64,000 bases of DNA, from NCBI RefSeq assembly GCF_003019035.1, contig NZ_CP027447.1. One strand, 5' to 3'. A program made the translations under genes and the position numbers. The stretch comes from Escherichia coli (GTDB lineage: Bacteria > Pseudomonadota > Gammaproteobacteria > Enterobacterales > Enterobacteriaceae). The notes under the pieces are model-generated. The model did no database searches, had not been told where the DNA came from, and saw only the letters and a program-made list of their open reading frames with translations. Shown here piece by piece: positions 22,910 through 34,514 of the stretch. Position 1 is the first letter of the stretch. Every line of letters begins with the position of its first letter.

Positions 22910-24799
22910 ATGGCAGGGATATATCGCTGCATTTTGCTGTTGATAGTTGGGCTTTTTTTCTCTTCGTTGAGTTATGCGAAAAACACGGAGATCCCTTCTT
23001 ATGAAGAAGGGATCTCGCTCTTTGATGTTGAAGCCACTCTGCAACCGGATGGGGTGCTCGACATCAAAGAAAATATTCATTTTCAGGCGCGAAATCAGCA
23101 GATTAAGCACGGATTTTATCGTGATTTACCACGACTCTGGATGCAGCCTGATGGGGACGCTGCACTGCTGAACTATCATATTGTTGGCGTCACCCGTGAT
23201 GGTATTCCTGAACCCTGGCATCTTGACTGGCATATCGGGTTAATGAGTATTGTCGTGGGCGATAAACAACGTTTCTTGCCTCAAGGCGACTATCATTATC
23301 AAATTCATTATCAGGTTAAAAATGCTTTCCTGCGTGAAGGGGATTCTGATCTGCTAATCTGGAACGTGACCGGTAACCACTGGCCGTTTGAAATTTATAA
23401 GACCCTATTTTCACTCAAGTTGCCTGATATTGCGGGTAATCCATTTAGCGAAATCGATCTCTTTACTGGAGAAGAGGGCGACACATATCGAAATGGCCGC
23501 ATCCTTGAGGACGGAAGAATTGAATCCCGCGATCCGTTTTATCGTGAAGATTTCACGGTACTCTACCGCTGGCCTCACGCTTTACTTAGCAATGCCCCGG
23601 CTCCACAAACGACGAATATTTTCAGCCATCTTCTTTTACCCTCCACGTCATCGTTGTTAATTTGGTTTCCTTGTCTATTCCTGGTTTGTGGATGGTTATA
23701 TCTCTGGAAGCGCAGGCCGCAATTTACGCCGGTAGATGTGATTGAAACCGATGTCATTCCGCCAGATTACACGCCCGGCATGTTACGTCTCGATGCGAAG
23801 CTGGTTTACGATGATAAAGGTTTTTGTGCCGATATCGTAAATCTGATTGTGAAAGGAAAAATTCATCTGGAAGATCAGTATGATAAGAACCAGCAAATCC
23901 TGATTCGTGTTAATGAAGGCGCGACCAGAAATAATGCGGTATTACTGCCCGCAGAGCAGTTATTACTGGAAGCGTTATTTCGTAAAGGCGATAAGGTCGT
24001 TCTTACGGGGAGACGCAACATAGTCTTACGCAGGGCATTTTTACGGATGCAGAAATTTTATCTGCCGCGTAAAAAGTCTTCGTTTTATCGACCAGATGCG
24101 TTTTTGCAATGGGGTGGACTGGCAATATTGGCGGTCATTCTCTACGGTAACCTGAGTCCCGTAGGTTGGGCAGGAATGAGTCTGGTAGGCGATATGTTTA
24201 TTATGATCTGCTGGATTATTCCTTTTTTATTTTGTTCCCTTGAGCTTTTGTTTGCCCGCGATGATGACAAGCCTTGCGTTAATCGTGTAATCATCACTTT
24301 GTTTTTACCGCTGATTTGTTCAGGCGTGGCCTTTTACTCTCTCTATATCAATGTCGGAGATGTATTCTTTTACTGGTATATGCCAGCGGGTTATTTTAGC
24401 GCTGTTTTCCTGACCGGCTATCTCACTGGCATGGGGTATATTTTTCTGCCAAAGTTTACCCAAACTGGGCAGCAACGTTATGCCCACGGTGAAGCTATCG
24501 TTAACTATCTTGCGCGTAAAGAGGCAGCAACACACAGTGGGCGTCGGCGGAAAGGGGAAACACGGAAACTGGATTACGCGTTGCTAGGTTGGGCAGTCTC
24601 GGCAAACCTTGGCAGAGAATGGGCAGCACGTATCACGCCGTCACTCACAGCGGCTGTTCGCGCCCCGGAAATTGCCCGTAGTGGCGTTTTATTCTCATTA
24701 CAGACGCACCTGAGTTGCGGGGCCTATACCAGTTTGTTGGGGCGGAGCTATTCCGGTGGTGGTTCTGGCGCTGGTGGCGGAGGCGGTAGTGGCTGGTAA
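22910..24799 (+). CDS. yciQ: DUF2207 family membrane protein YciQ with Gly-rich C-terminal tail
   Basis: ORF track 629 aa; N-terminal signal/TM, several TM segments, C-terminal GGGSGAGGGGGSGW. Confidence 0.85.
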   Translation: MAGIYRCILLLIVGLFFSSLSYAKNTEIPSYEEGISLFDVEATLQPDGVLDIKENIHFQARNQQIKHGFYRDLPRLWMQPDGDAALLNYHIVGVTRDGIPEPWHLDWHIGLMSIVVGDKQRFLPQGDYHYQIHYQVKNAFLREGDSDLLIWNVTGNHWPFEIYKTLFSLKLPDIAGNPFSEIDLFTGEEGDTYRNGRILEDGRIESRDPFYREDFTVLYRWPHALLSNAPAPQTTNIFSHLLLPSTSSLLIWFPCLFLVCGWLYLWKRRPQFTPVDVIETDVIPPDYTPGMLRLDAKLVYDDKGFCADIVNLIVKGKIHLEDQYDKNQQILIRVNEGATRNNAVLLPAEQLLLEALFRKGDKVVLTGRRNIVLRRAFLRMQKFYLPRKKSSFYRPDAFLQWGGLAILAVILYGNLSPVGWAGMSLVGDMFIMICWIIPFLFCSLELLFARDDDKPCVNRVIITLFLPLICSGVAFYSLYINVGDVFFYWYMPAGYFSAVFLTGYLTGMGYIFLPKFTQTGQQRYAHGEAIVNYLARKEAATHSGRRRKGETRKLDYALLGWAVSANLGREWAARITPSLTAAVRAPEIARSGVLFSLQTHLSCGAYTSLLGRSYSGGGSGAGGGGGSGW

Positions 24800-25009
24800 T
24801 CAAGCTGATATTAATCGAAACAAGCTTTAACCATAAAGATAGTGTAGTATGTTGCGCCTCAAAGCCAGGCCGATAAACGTCGAGTCGTTTACTTAAGGCC
24901 TGAAGAGTTCAAACAGACTTTACTATCAGTGAGTCAGATGTAAGTTCTGACTCACTGTTGCACAAAAGCATATCAGACGCCTGGGAAGGCGACACCAAAA
25001 GGAAGCTCT

Positions 25010-25885
25010 ATGAGCGAAAAGCTACAGAAAGTGCTGGCGCGTGCCGGCCACGGCTCTCGCCGTGAAATCGAATCTATTATTGAAGCCGGTCGTGTGAGTG
25101 TTGATGGCAAAATTGCTAAACTCGGCGATCGCGTTGAAGTTACCCCTGGATTGAAAATCCGTATCGATGGTCACCTGATTTCGGTACGTGAGTCCGCTGA
25201 ACAAATTTGTCGCGTTCTGGCCTATTACAAACCGGAAGGTGAGTTGTGTACCCGTAACGATCCGGAAGGACGTCCAACGGTGTTTGACCGTCTGCCAAAA
25301 CTGCGTGGCGCACGCTGGATTGCCGTGGGTCGCCTGGACGTTAATACCTGTGGTCTGCTGCTGTTCACCACCGATGGTGAACTGGCAAACCGTTTAATGC
25401 ACCCAAGCCGTGAAGTTGAACGTGAATATGCCGTGCGTGTATTTGGTCAGGTTGACGACGCGAAACTGCGTGATTTGAGTCGTGGCGTGCAGTTGGAAGA
25501 TGGTCCGGCAGCCTTTAAAACCATCAAGTTCAGCGGCGGCGAAGGGATCAACCAGTGGTACAACGTTACTCTGACCGAAGGCCGTAACCGTGAAGTTCGT
25601 CGTCTTTGGGAAGCGGTTGGTGTGCAGGTGAGCCGCCTGATCCGTGTTCGTTACGGTGATATCCCACTGCCAAAAGGTCTGCCACGCGGTGGCTGGACGG
25701 AGCTGGACCTCGCCCAGACTAACTATCTGCGCGAACTGGTGGAGCTACCGCCAGAAACCAGCTCTAAAGTCGCTGTAGAAAAAGACCGTCGTCGCATGAA
25801 GGCGAATCAGATTCGTCGTGCGGTGAAACGTCACAGTCAGGTGAGCGGCGGTCGTCGTTCTGGCGGACGTAATAATAACGGTTAA
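25010..25885 (+). CDS. rluB: 23S rRNA pseudouridine synthase RluB
   Basis: ORF track 291 aa; S4 domain plus RsuA-type catalytic region; Arg/Gly-rich C-terminus. Confidence 0.92.
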
Positions 25886-25904
25886 TTTAAGTTAAGTATA
25901 AAAT

Positions 25905-25930
25905 AAAGGCCCTGCGGGGCCTTTTCTTCA
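25905..25930 (+). terminator. Rho-independent terminator after rluB
   Basis: aaaggccc tgcg gggccttt followed by tcttca, read directly. Confidence 0.75.
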
Positions 25931-26054
25931 TTTGAAGTATGATAAATAGTCGCAGTATTTTAATTTAATTTCATACTTGCTTATGAATATTACCAGGAAA
26001 TAGCCACATTACTATTTAATTATCTGAGATAAACTCAACGTCAAGAGGTGGGTT

Positions 26055-27077
26055 ATGATTAGATATAGTGGAATATTTCTATCGCTGTTAATGCTTTCAG
26101 GTTGTGCAACCGAAGCATTGAAGAATGAACAAGCTGAAACTGTTATTACTGCGGGTAACAAGGCGGTTGCGGCGAATGCAAGTTTCTTTAAACAATACTA
26201 TGCTTCTCGTGAAAATTTCCTTGTTAATTTTTATGCGACTAATCCGGATTGTGCATTGCGACCTGATTATGAAACGATTATGGAAAATAATACTAATAAA
26301 GAGTCCTTATGTATGCAATCAGAGAAAGGGGACAAAACATCGTATAAAGACGTTACTAAAGTTCAATTGGCAACAACAGAAAAACAAAAGCTACTGGCTT
26401 CACTTGAGGTCGTTAACAGTATGAGCTCCTATGTGGAGTTGTTGACGGTGGATATGGATGTTGACGATAGTAAACAAATTATATTACTTAATCAGGCGCT
26501 CGATCATGCAAACAACGCCCAAAAACTACTTGGACTTTCAGAAGGTGAAGAACTGACTAAGTCAGCTGTAGCTGTTAAAGATTTAGTTCAATATTTCAAT
26601 GGATTATATAAAGAGAAGATTAAATCAGAAAATGTTGGTAAAACGGTAGGTAGTGACTGGCCACGACTTCAAAGAAATTTACAAGATTTACTTGAAGATA
26701 TAGCAACGAAACAGCAGCAAATGGATCGGAATAATTTTGCGAACATCAGTAATAATTTTTATTACTATAATAAGGCCCGGGAAAATACTAAAAATATAGA
26801 ATTTAAGACATTAAAGAGCAGGCAGGAATTTTTGAGTGCAGTAATTAATCTTAATGAAAGCAGATTGCGTTCATCTGATCCGGCGGCTCCAGCAATACAA
26901 GCTATTAATGCCTTCATGGATAAAGGAAATCATCTACAAGATTTATACTCTAATAAATCTCTTTCAAAAGCGGATTTAGAGCGTAGGAATGAGATCCTGC
27001 GTGCTCAAGTTATTAGTGGTCTTCAGGCGTCAGAGGAGCTGGCAAAACTTCTTATTGCCAGCGGAGTTATGTTATAG
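26055..27077 (+). CDS. Predicted lipoprotein of unknown function (340 aa), AT-rich accessory gene
   Basis: ORF track; RBS AAGAGGTGGG before ATG; signal peptide with lipobox LSGC, Ala at +2; Lys/Asn/Gln-rich; not recognised from K-12. Confidence 0.7.
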   Translation: MIRYSGIFLSLLMLSGCATEALKNEQAETVITAGNKAVAANASFFKQYYASRENFLVNFYATNPDCALRPDYETIMENNTNKESLCMQSEKGDKTSYKDVTKVQLATTEKQKLLASLEVVNSMSSYVELLTVDMDVDDSKQIILLNQALDHANNAQKLLGLSEGEELTKSAVAVKDLVQYFNGLYKEKIKSENVGKTVGSDWPRLQRNLQDLLEDIATKQQQMDRNNFANISNNFYYYNKARENTKNIEFKTLKSRQEFLSAVINLNESRLRSSDPAAPAIQAINAFMDKGNHLQDLYSNKSLSKADLERRNEILRAQVISGLQASEELAKLLIASGVML

Positions 27078-27086
27078 GAGGTCATT

Positions 27087-27395
27087 ATGAACGATGTGCA
27101 AAATCGACGAATACTGGCATTGCTCAATATGCTGTACTATGCCTTAGGAAACCGAACAACTTGCGATATATGTCACAAATATTTTATTCTGGTTTTGTCG
27201 GTAATGAATAATCTGACAATTAATTATGGCTCGCAAACGTCACCAGAACTGACTGGTATTAGTTATGAAGATGCTAATGATTTGATCACTGAATTAATAC
27301 TGTTTATTGAAGACGTCAATGCGGATAATGACATGGAATATCCCGCACACTTGAATAAAATTCAAGCTCTTCTTAATTTTGCCGTGGCTAATTAA
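27087..27395 (+). CDS. Hypothetical 102-aa protein, translationally coupled to upstream lipoprotein gene
   Basis: ORF track; AGGAGG RBS 6-8 nt before ATG, 9 nt after upstream stop; hydrophobic N-terminal segment; CDICH (CxxCH) motif; acidic C-terminal half. Confidence 0.55.
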   Translation: MNDVQNRRILALLNMLYYALGNRTTCDICHKYFILVLSVMNNLTINYGSQTSPELTGISYEDANDLITELILFIEDVNADNDMEYPAHLNKIQALLNFAVAN

Positions 27396-27416
27396 GCCAT
27401 TCAGTATCTAAAATTA

Positions 27417-27445
27417 GCACCTCAAGAGGCGATCTTTTGAGGTGC
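27417..27445. terminator. Stem-loop terminator between the accessory cassette and convergent btuR
   Basis: 9-bp perfect stem gcacctcaa / ttgaggtgc followed by tttccctt, read directly. Confidence 0.65.
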
Positions 27446-27451
27446 TTTCCC

Positions 27452-28042
27452 TTAATAATCAATCCCTATTTGCGCCTTAACACCGGCATCAAACGCATGT
27501 TTGATGGGGCGCAGCTCACTCACCGTATCCGCCAGTTCAAGAATATCCCGATGACAGCCTCGACCCGTGATAATCACCGTCTGTTGATGTGGACGTTCAT
27601 TTAACGCCTGCACCACTTCTTCCAGTGGCAAATAGTCATACGCCACCATATAAGTCAGCTCATCGAGCAAAACCATATCCAGTGAAGGATCGGCCAGCAT
27701 TCGTTTGGCATGTTGCCAGACTTCACGGCAGGCCGCGGTATCAGATTCGCGATTTTGTGTATCCCAGGTAAAGCCCGTTGCCATCACCTGAAACTCAACG
27801 CCATGTGGCTCCAGTAGATTGCGCTCGCCATTAGGCCAGGTGCCTTTAATAAACTGCACGACGCCCACTTTTTTGCCATGGCCTACTGCACGAGTTGCCG
27901 TACCAAATGCCGCGGTGGTTTTGCCTTTTCCATTGCCGGTAAAGACGATGATAATACCGCGTTCATCCTGGGCCTGGGCCACACGAGCATCGACTTTTTC
28001 TTTCACTCGCTGCTGACGCTGTTGGTAGCGTTCATCACTCAT
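27452..28042 (-). CDS. btuR: Cob(I)yrinic acid a,c-diamide adenosyltransferase
   Basis: ORF track 196 aa; P-loop GNGKGKTTAA; sequence recognised. Confidence 0.92.
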   Translation of the reverse strand: MSDERYQQRQQRVKEKVDARVAQAQDERGIIIVFTGNGKGKTTAAFGTATRAVGHGKKVGVVQFIKGTWPNGERNLLEPHGVEFQVMATGFTWDTQNRESDTAACREVWQHAKRMLADPSLDMVLLDELTYMVAYDYLPLEEVVQALNERPHQQTVIITGRGCHRDILELADTVSELRPIKHAFDAGVKAQIGIDY

Positions 28043-28797
28043 TGGGAAATTCCTGGTTTACGGCCCGGTTGGGCGTCAAAGGTCATGCCGGTTTTACGGC
28101 GGCTGTCATCGCCCATCAGCCAGAGGTAGAGCGGCATGATATCAGCGGGGGTTTTAAGTTTCTGTGGATCTTCGGTCGGGAAGGCGCTGGCACGCATTGC
28201 GGTGCGCGTACCGCCTGGGTTAATGCAGTTGACGCGCAGGCGCTGCTGATATTCATCGGCCAGTACCTGCATCATCCCTTCGGTGGCAAATTTCGACGCT
28301 GCATATGCGCCCCAGTTGGCTCGTCCCTGACGTCCAACGCTTGATGAAGTAAAGACCAGTGAACCGGCGTCCGATTTGAGTAATAAAGGAAGCAGTGCCT
28401 GGGTGAGCATAAAGGTGGCATTAACGTTGACCTGTATGACGTCCTGCCAGACCTGTGGATTTTGTTCGCTCATTGGACAAACATCGCCGAGCAATCCGGC
28501 ATTATGCAAAACACCATCCAGACGCGGATAATTAACGGCAATGCGCTGTGCCAGTTGTTGGCAATCTTCGGACGTGCAGGTCAGCAAATCGAGAATAAAC
28601 CACTGTGGCTGACGCCCAGTTTCTTCGTTTATGTGGCTGGCTACCTGACGTAATTTTTCTTCATTACGGCCCAACAGAATCACTGTCGCACCATAGCGTG
28701 CATACGTCATCGCGGCTTCACGACCAATACCATTGCTGGCTCCCGTCACCAGGATAATGCGATCATTGAGTAAATCTTGTTTTGGCTGGTAATGCAT
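28039..28797 (-). CDS. yciK: SDR-family oxidoreductase YciK
   Basis: ORF track 252 aa; Rossmann motif TGASNGIG; 4-nt overlap with btuR. Confidence 0.9.
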   Translation of the reverse strand: MHYQPKQDLLNDRIILVTGASNGIGREAAMTYARYGATVILLGRNEEKLRQVASHINEETGRQPQWFILDLLTCTSEDCQQLAQRIAVNYPRLDGVLHNAGLLGDVCPMSEQNPQVWQDVIQVNVNATFMLTQALLPLLLKSDAGSLVFTSSSVGRQGRANWGAYAASKFATEGMMQVLADEYQQRLRVNCINPGGTRTAMRASAFPTEDPQKLKTPADIMPLYLWLMGDDSRRKTGMTFDAQPGRKPGISQ

Positions 28798-29016
28798 GGC
28801 TACTCCTCAACGACGTTGTCTGTCGCGCTGCCAGTGTACTTTAAGACTTTGGGGCTTTATGCCTGAAACAGAAGGGCATTTCAATCAGCCTGGGGCGATA
28901 ACACCGCAAAATGGATACTTTGTCATACTTTCGCTGCAATAACATCTCTGCGAGACGGCTTAACATGCCTGTTGTAAACTGTGAGCCAAAGCGTTGTTTA
29001 ACCAAGGTGGGGACTC

Positions 29017-30066
29017 GTGGAATTGTTGTCTGAATATGGTTTGTTTTTGGCGAAAATCGTTACCGTTGTGCTAGCGATTGCGGCGATTGCCGCCATTATA
29101 GTCAATGTTGCTCAACGTAATAAACGCCAGCGTGGCGAGTTACGGGTCAACAATCTCAGCGAACAGTATAAGGAGATGAAAGAAGAACTGGCCGCGGCGC
29201 TGATGGACTCACATCAGCAAAAACAGTGGCACAAAGCGCAGAAGAAAAAGCACAAGCAAGAAGCGAAAGCAGCAAAAGCGAAAGCCAAACTGGGCGAGGT
29301 GGCAACTGACAGTAAACCCCGCGTCTGGGTGCTGGATTTTAAAGGCAGCATGGACGCCCATGAAGTGAACTCGCTACGTGAAGAGATAACGGCGGTACTC
29401 GCAGCATTCAAACCGCAGGATCAGGTTGTACTCCGTCTGGAAAGCCCTGGTGGCATGGTGCATGGTTACGGGTTGGCGGCTTCGCAGCTGCAGCGTCTGC
29501 GTGATAAAAACATTCCTTTAACTGTTACGGTAGACAAAGTCGCTGCCAGCGGCGGTTACATGATGGCCTGTGTGGCGGACAAAATTGTTTCCGCACCGTT
29601 TGCTATTGTGGGTTCCATTGGCGTGGTGGCACAAATGCCCAACTTTAACCGCTTCCTGAAAAGCAAAGATATTGATATCGAACTGCACACCGCCGGGCAG
29701 TATAAGCGCACGCTGACCTTGCTGGGTGAAAACACCGAAGAAGGGCGGGAGAAATTCCGCGAAGAGCTGAACGAAACGCATCAGTTATTTAAAGATTTTG
29801 TGAAGCGTATGCGTCCGTCTCTGGATATTGAACAGGTGGCAACGGGTGAACACTGGTACGGACAACAGGCGGTAGAGAAAGGCCTGGTTGATGAAATCAA
29901 CACCAGTGATGAAGTTATTCTTAGCCTGATGGAAGGCCGTGAAGTGGTCAATGTACGCTATATGCAGCGTAAACGACTCATTGACCGATTCACCGGCAGC
30001 GCGGCAGAGAGCGCCGATCGATTGTTGCTACGCTGGTGGCAGCGGGGTCAAAAGCCATTGATGTAA
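29017..30066 (+). CDS. sohB: Inner membrane S49 peptidase SohB
   Basis: ORF track 349 aa; N-terminal TM helix; ClpP/SppA-like fold sequence recognised. Confidence 0.9.
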   Translation: MELLSEYGLFLAKIVTVVLAIAAIAAIIVNVAQRNKRQRGELRVNNLSEQYKEMKEELAAALMDSHQQKQWHKAQKKKHKQEAKAAKAKAKLGEVATDSKPRVWVLDFKGSMDAHEVNSLREEITAVLAAFKPQDQVVLRLESPGGMVHGYGLAASQLQRLRDKNIPLTVTVDKVAASGGYMMACVADKIVSAPFAIVGSIGVVAQMPNFNRFLKSKDIDIELHTAGQYKRTLTLLGENTEEGREKFREELNETHQLFKDFVKRMRPSLDIEQVATGEHWYGQQAVEKGLVDEINTSDEVILSLMEGREVVNVRYMQRKRLIDRFTGSAAESADRLLLRWWQRGQKPLM

Positions 30067-30101
30067 AAGACAAACGCGAGGGTAAGACCTCGCGTTTTGC
30101 T

Positions 30102-30353
30102 TTAATCAACCAGGTGATATTTTTCTGAAAGCACATGGGCCAGGTGTTTGAACATATTAAACACCGCGGTGCTTTTGGCTGTTGGCAATCCTTGTTCATC
30201 TAAAAAGTAGTCGCCGGTAAATACCAGCACGCCATTACGCTGCGTGACGCCGGTGGCTTCAATCCCTGCGAGCGTATCCTCATGCTCACGAATGATTTTG
30301 TTGGCCTCTTTCAACAGCGTCTCGCGGTCGATGGGTTGTGTCTCTTTGTTCAT
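30102..30353 (-). CDS. yciN: DUF2498 protein YciN
   Basis: ORF track 83 aa; conserved position upstream of topA. Confidence 0.85.
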
Positions 30354-30732
30354 TATTTACTCCTTAAACAAGGACATTAGTCTACGCCAGGCATGGCTTG
30401 CAGACAAATATACCACGCTGATGGCAAGAGCGCCTTACTGGCAACTTTGGATTTTGCATGCTAATAAAGTTGCGTATCGGATTTTATCAGGTACAGTGTG
30501 ACGCTTTCGTCAATCTGGCAATAGATTTGCTTGACATTCGACCAAAATTCCGTCGTGCTATAGCGCCTGTAGGCCAAGACCTGTTAACTCAGTCACCTGA
30601 ATTTTCGTGAACAGAGTCACGACAAGGGGTTGATATCCGCAGAGAGCGAGTCCATATCGGTAACTCGTTGCCAGTGGAAGGTTTATCAACGTGCGACGCA
30701 TTCCTGGAAGAATCAAATTAGGTAAGGTGAAT

Positions 30733-33330
30733 ATGGGTAAAGCTCTTGTCATCGTTGAGTCCCCGGCAAAAGCCAAAACGATCAACAAGTATCTGGGTAG
30801 TGACTACGTGGTGAAATCCAGCGTCGGTCACATCCGCGATTTGCCGACCAGTGGCTCAGCTGCCAAAAAGAGTGCCGACTCTACCTCCACCAAGACGGCT
30901 AAAAAGCCTAAAAAGGATGAACGTGGCGCTCTCGTCAACCGTATGGGGGTTGACCCGTGGCACAATTGGGAGGCGCACTATGAAGTGTTGCCTGGTAAAG
31001 AGAAGGTCGTCTCTGAACTGAAACAACTGGCTGAAAAAGCCGACCACATCTATCTCGCAACCGACCTTGACCGCGAAGGGGAAGCCATTGCATGGCACCT
31101 GCGGGAAGTGATTGGTGGTGATGATGCGCGCTATAGCCGAGTGGTGTTTAACGAAATTACTAAAAACGCGATCCGCCAGGCATTTAACAAACCGGGTGAG
31201 CTGAATATTGATCGTGTTAATGCCCAGCAGGCGCGTCGCTTTATGGACCGCGTGGTGGGGTATATGGTTTCGCCGCTGCTATGGAAAAAGATCGCTCGTG
31301 GTCTGTCTGCCGGTCGTGTGCAGTCGGTGGCGGTTCGCCTGGTGGTCGAGCGTGAGCGTGAAATTAAAGCGTTCGTGCCGGAAGAGTTCTGGGAAGTCGA
31401 TGCCAGCACGACCACGCCATCTGGTGAAGCGTTGGCGTTACAGGTCACTCATCAGAACGACAAACCGTTCCGCCCGGTCAACAGAGAACAAACTCAGGCT
31501 GCGGTAAGTCTGCTGGAAAAAGCGCGCTACAGCGTGCTGGAACGTGAAGACAAACCGACAACCAGTAAACCTGGCGCTCCTTTTATTACCTCTACGCTGC
31601 AACAAGCTGCCAGCACCCGTCTTGGATTTGGCGTGAAAAAAACCATGATGATGGCGCAGCGTTTGTATGAAGCAGGCTATATCACTTACATGCGTACCGA
31701 CTCCACTAACCTGAGTCAGGACGCGGTAAATATGGTTCGCGGTTATATCAGCGATAATTTTGGTAAGAAATATCTGCCGGAAAGTCCGAATCAGTACGCC
31801 AGCAAAGAAAACTCACAGGAAGCGCACGAAGCGATTCGTCCTTCTGACGTCAATGTGATGGCGGAATCGTTGAAGGATATGGAAGCAGATGCGCAGAAAC
31901 TGTACCAGTTAATCTGGCGTCAGTTCGTAGCCTGCCAGATGACCCCAGCGAAATATGACTCCACGACGCTGACCGTTGGTGCGGGCGATTTCCGCCTGAA
32001 AGCACGCGGTCGTATTTTACGCTTTGATGGCTGGACGAAAGTGATGCCTGCACTGCGTAAAGGCGATGAAGATCGTATCTTACCGGCAGTCGATAAAGGC
32101 GATGCTCTGACGCTCGTTGAACTGACACCAGCCCAGCACTTTACCAAGCCTCCAGCCCGTTTCAGTGAAGCATCGCTGGTCAAAGAGCTGGAAAAACGCG
32201 GTATCGGTCGTCCTTCTACCTATGCGTCGATCATTTCGACCATTCAGGATCGTGGCTATGTGCGAGTAGAAAATCGTCGTTTCTATGCGGAAAAAATGGG
32301 CGAAATCGTCACCGATCGCCTGGAAGAGAATTTCCGCGAGTTAATGAACTACGACTTTACTGCGCAGATGGAAAATAGCCTCGACCAGGTGGCCAATCAC
32401 GAAGCAGAGTGGAAAGCTGTACTGGATCACTTCTTCTCGGATTTCACTCAGCAGTTAGATAAAGCTGAAAAAGATCCGGAAGAGGGAGGTATGCGCCCGA
32501 ACCAGATGGTTCTGACCAGTATTGACTGCCCGACTTGTGGTCGCAAAATGGGGATTCGCACAGCGAGCACCGGGGTATTCCTTGGCTGTTCTGGTTATGC
32601 GCTGCCGCCGAAAGAGCGTTGCAAAACCACCATTAACCTGGTGCCGGAAAACGAAGTGCTGAACGTGCTGGAAGGCGAAGACGCTGAAACCAACGCGCTG
32701 CGCGCAAAACGTCGTTGCCCGAAATGCGGCACGGCGATGGACAGCTATCTCATCGATCCGAAACGTAAGTTGCATGTCTGTGGTAATAACCCAACCTGCG
32801 ACGGTTACGAGATCGAAGAGGGCGAATTCCGCATTAAAGGTTATGACGGCCCGATCGTTGAGTGTGAAAAATGTGGCTCTGAAATGCACCTGAAAATGGG
32901 CCGTTTCGGTAAATACATGGCCTGCACCAACGAAGAGTGTAAAAACACACGTAAGATTTTACGTAACGGCGAAGTGGCACCACCGAAAGAAGATCCGGTG
33001 CCATTACCTGAGCTGCCGTGCGAAAAATCAGATGCTTATTTCGTGCTGCGTGACGGTGCTGCCGGTGTGTTCCTGGCGGCCAATACCTTCCCGAAATCGC
33101 GTGAAACACGTGCGCCACTGGTGGAAGAGCTTTATCGCTTCCGCGACCGTCTGCCGGAAAAACTGCGTTATCTGGCCGATGCGCCACAGCAGGATCCGGA
33201 AGGTAATAAGACCATGGTTCGCTTTAGCCGTAAAACCAAACAGCAATATGTCTCTTCGGAAAAAGACGGAAAGGCGACTGGCTGGTCAGCATTTTATGTT
33301 GATGGCAAATGGGTTGAAGGGAAAAAATAA
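30733..33330 (+). CDS. topA: DNA topoisomerase I (865 aa)
   Basis: ORF track 30691..33330; ATG at 30733 gives [17 protein letters not shown]...; Toprim domain plus C-terminal zinc-ribbon Cys repeats. Confidence 0.93.
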   Translation: MGKALVIVESPAKAKTINKYLGSDYVVKSSVGHIRDLPTSGSAAKKSADSTSTKTAKKPKKDERGALVNRMGVDPWHNWEAHYEVLPGKEKVVSELKQLAEKADHIYLATDLDREGEAIAWHLREVIGGDDARYSRVVFNEITKNAIRQAFNKPGELNIDRVNAQQARRFMDRVVGYMVSPLLWKKIARGLSAGRVQSVAVRLVVEREREIKAFVPEEFWEVDASTTTPSGEALALQVTHQNDKPFRPVNREQTQAAVSLLEKARYSVLEREDKPTTSKPGAPFITSTLQQAASTRLGFGVKKTMMMAQRLYEAGYITYMRTDSTNLSQDAVNMVRGYISDNFGKKYLPESPNQYASKENSQEAHEAIRPSDVNVMAESLKDMEADAQKLYQLIWRQFVACQMTPAKYDSTTLTVGAGDFRLKARGRILRFDGWTKVMPALRKGDEDRILPAVDKGDALTLVELTPAQHFTKPPARFSEASLVKELEKRGIGRPSTYASIISTIQDRGYVRVENRRFYAEKMGEIVTDRLEENFRELMNYDFTAQMENSLDQVANHEAEWKAVLDHFFSDFTQQLDKAEKDPEEGGMRPNQMVLTSIDCPTCGRKMGIRTASTGVFLGCSGYALPPKERCKTTINLVPENEVLNVLEGEDAETNALRAKRRCPKCGTAMDSYLIDPKRKLHVCGNNPTCDGYEIEEGEFRIKGYDGPIVECEKCGSEMHLKMGRFGKYMACTNEECKNTRKILRNGEVAPPKEDPVPLPELPCEKSDAYFVLRDGAAGVFLAANTFPKSRETRAPLVEELYRFRDRLPEKLRYLADAPQQDPEGNKTMVRFSRKTKQQYVSSEKDGKATGWSAFYVDGKWVEGKK

Positions 33331-33360
33331 CCTTTAATTTTGTCAGGTTTTTATAAACAA

Positions 33361-33386
33361 AGGGTCGCGAAAGCGGCCCTTTTTTA
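33361..33386 (+). terminator. Rho-independent terminator after topA
   Basis: agggtcgc gaaa gcggccct followed by tttttatt, read directly. Confidence 0.75.
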
Positions 33387-33515
33387 TTGCATATTATTTT
33401 TTCTTCACACCTATACACTAAGGCTATAAATGATATAGTGGTTATAGTTAGCCCCTTTTTTATTATTAAATCGTATTAGTCACCCGCCTGGCGTGACGAA
33501 AAAACGATGTTCTGA

Positions 33516-34514
<999 letters not shown>

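Noticed and set aside
25886..27451. Searched the flanks of the AT-rich cassette and of the efflux locus (50708-51184, 58678-58724) for IS elements, integrase genes, tRNA genes or direct repeats
   Set aside because: None found by eye, so neither region is called a mobile element; the mechanism of acquisition or loss remains open.
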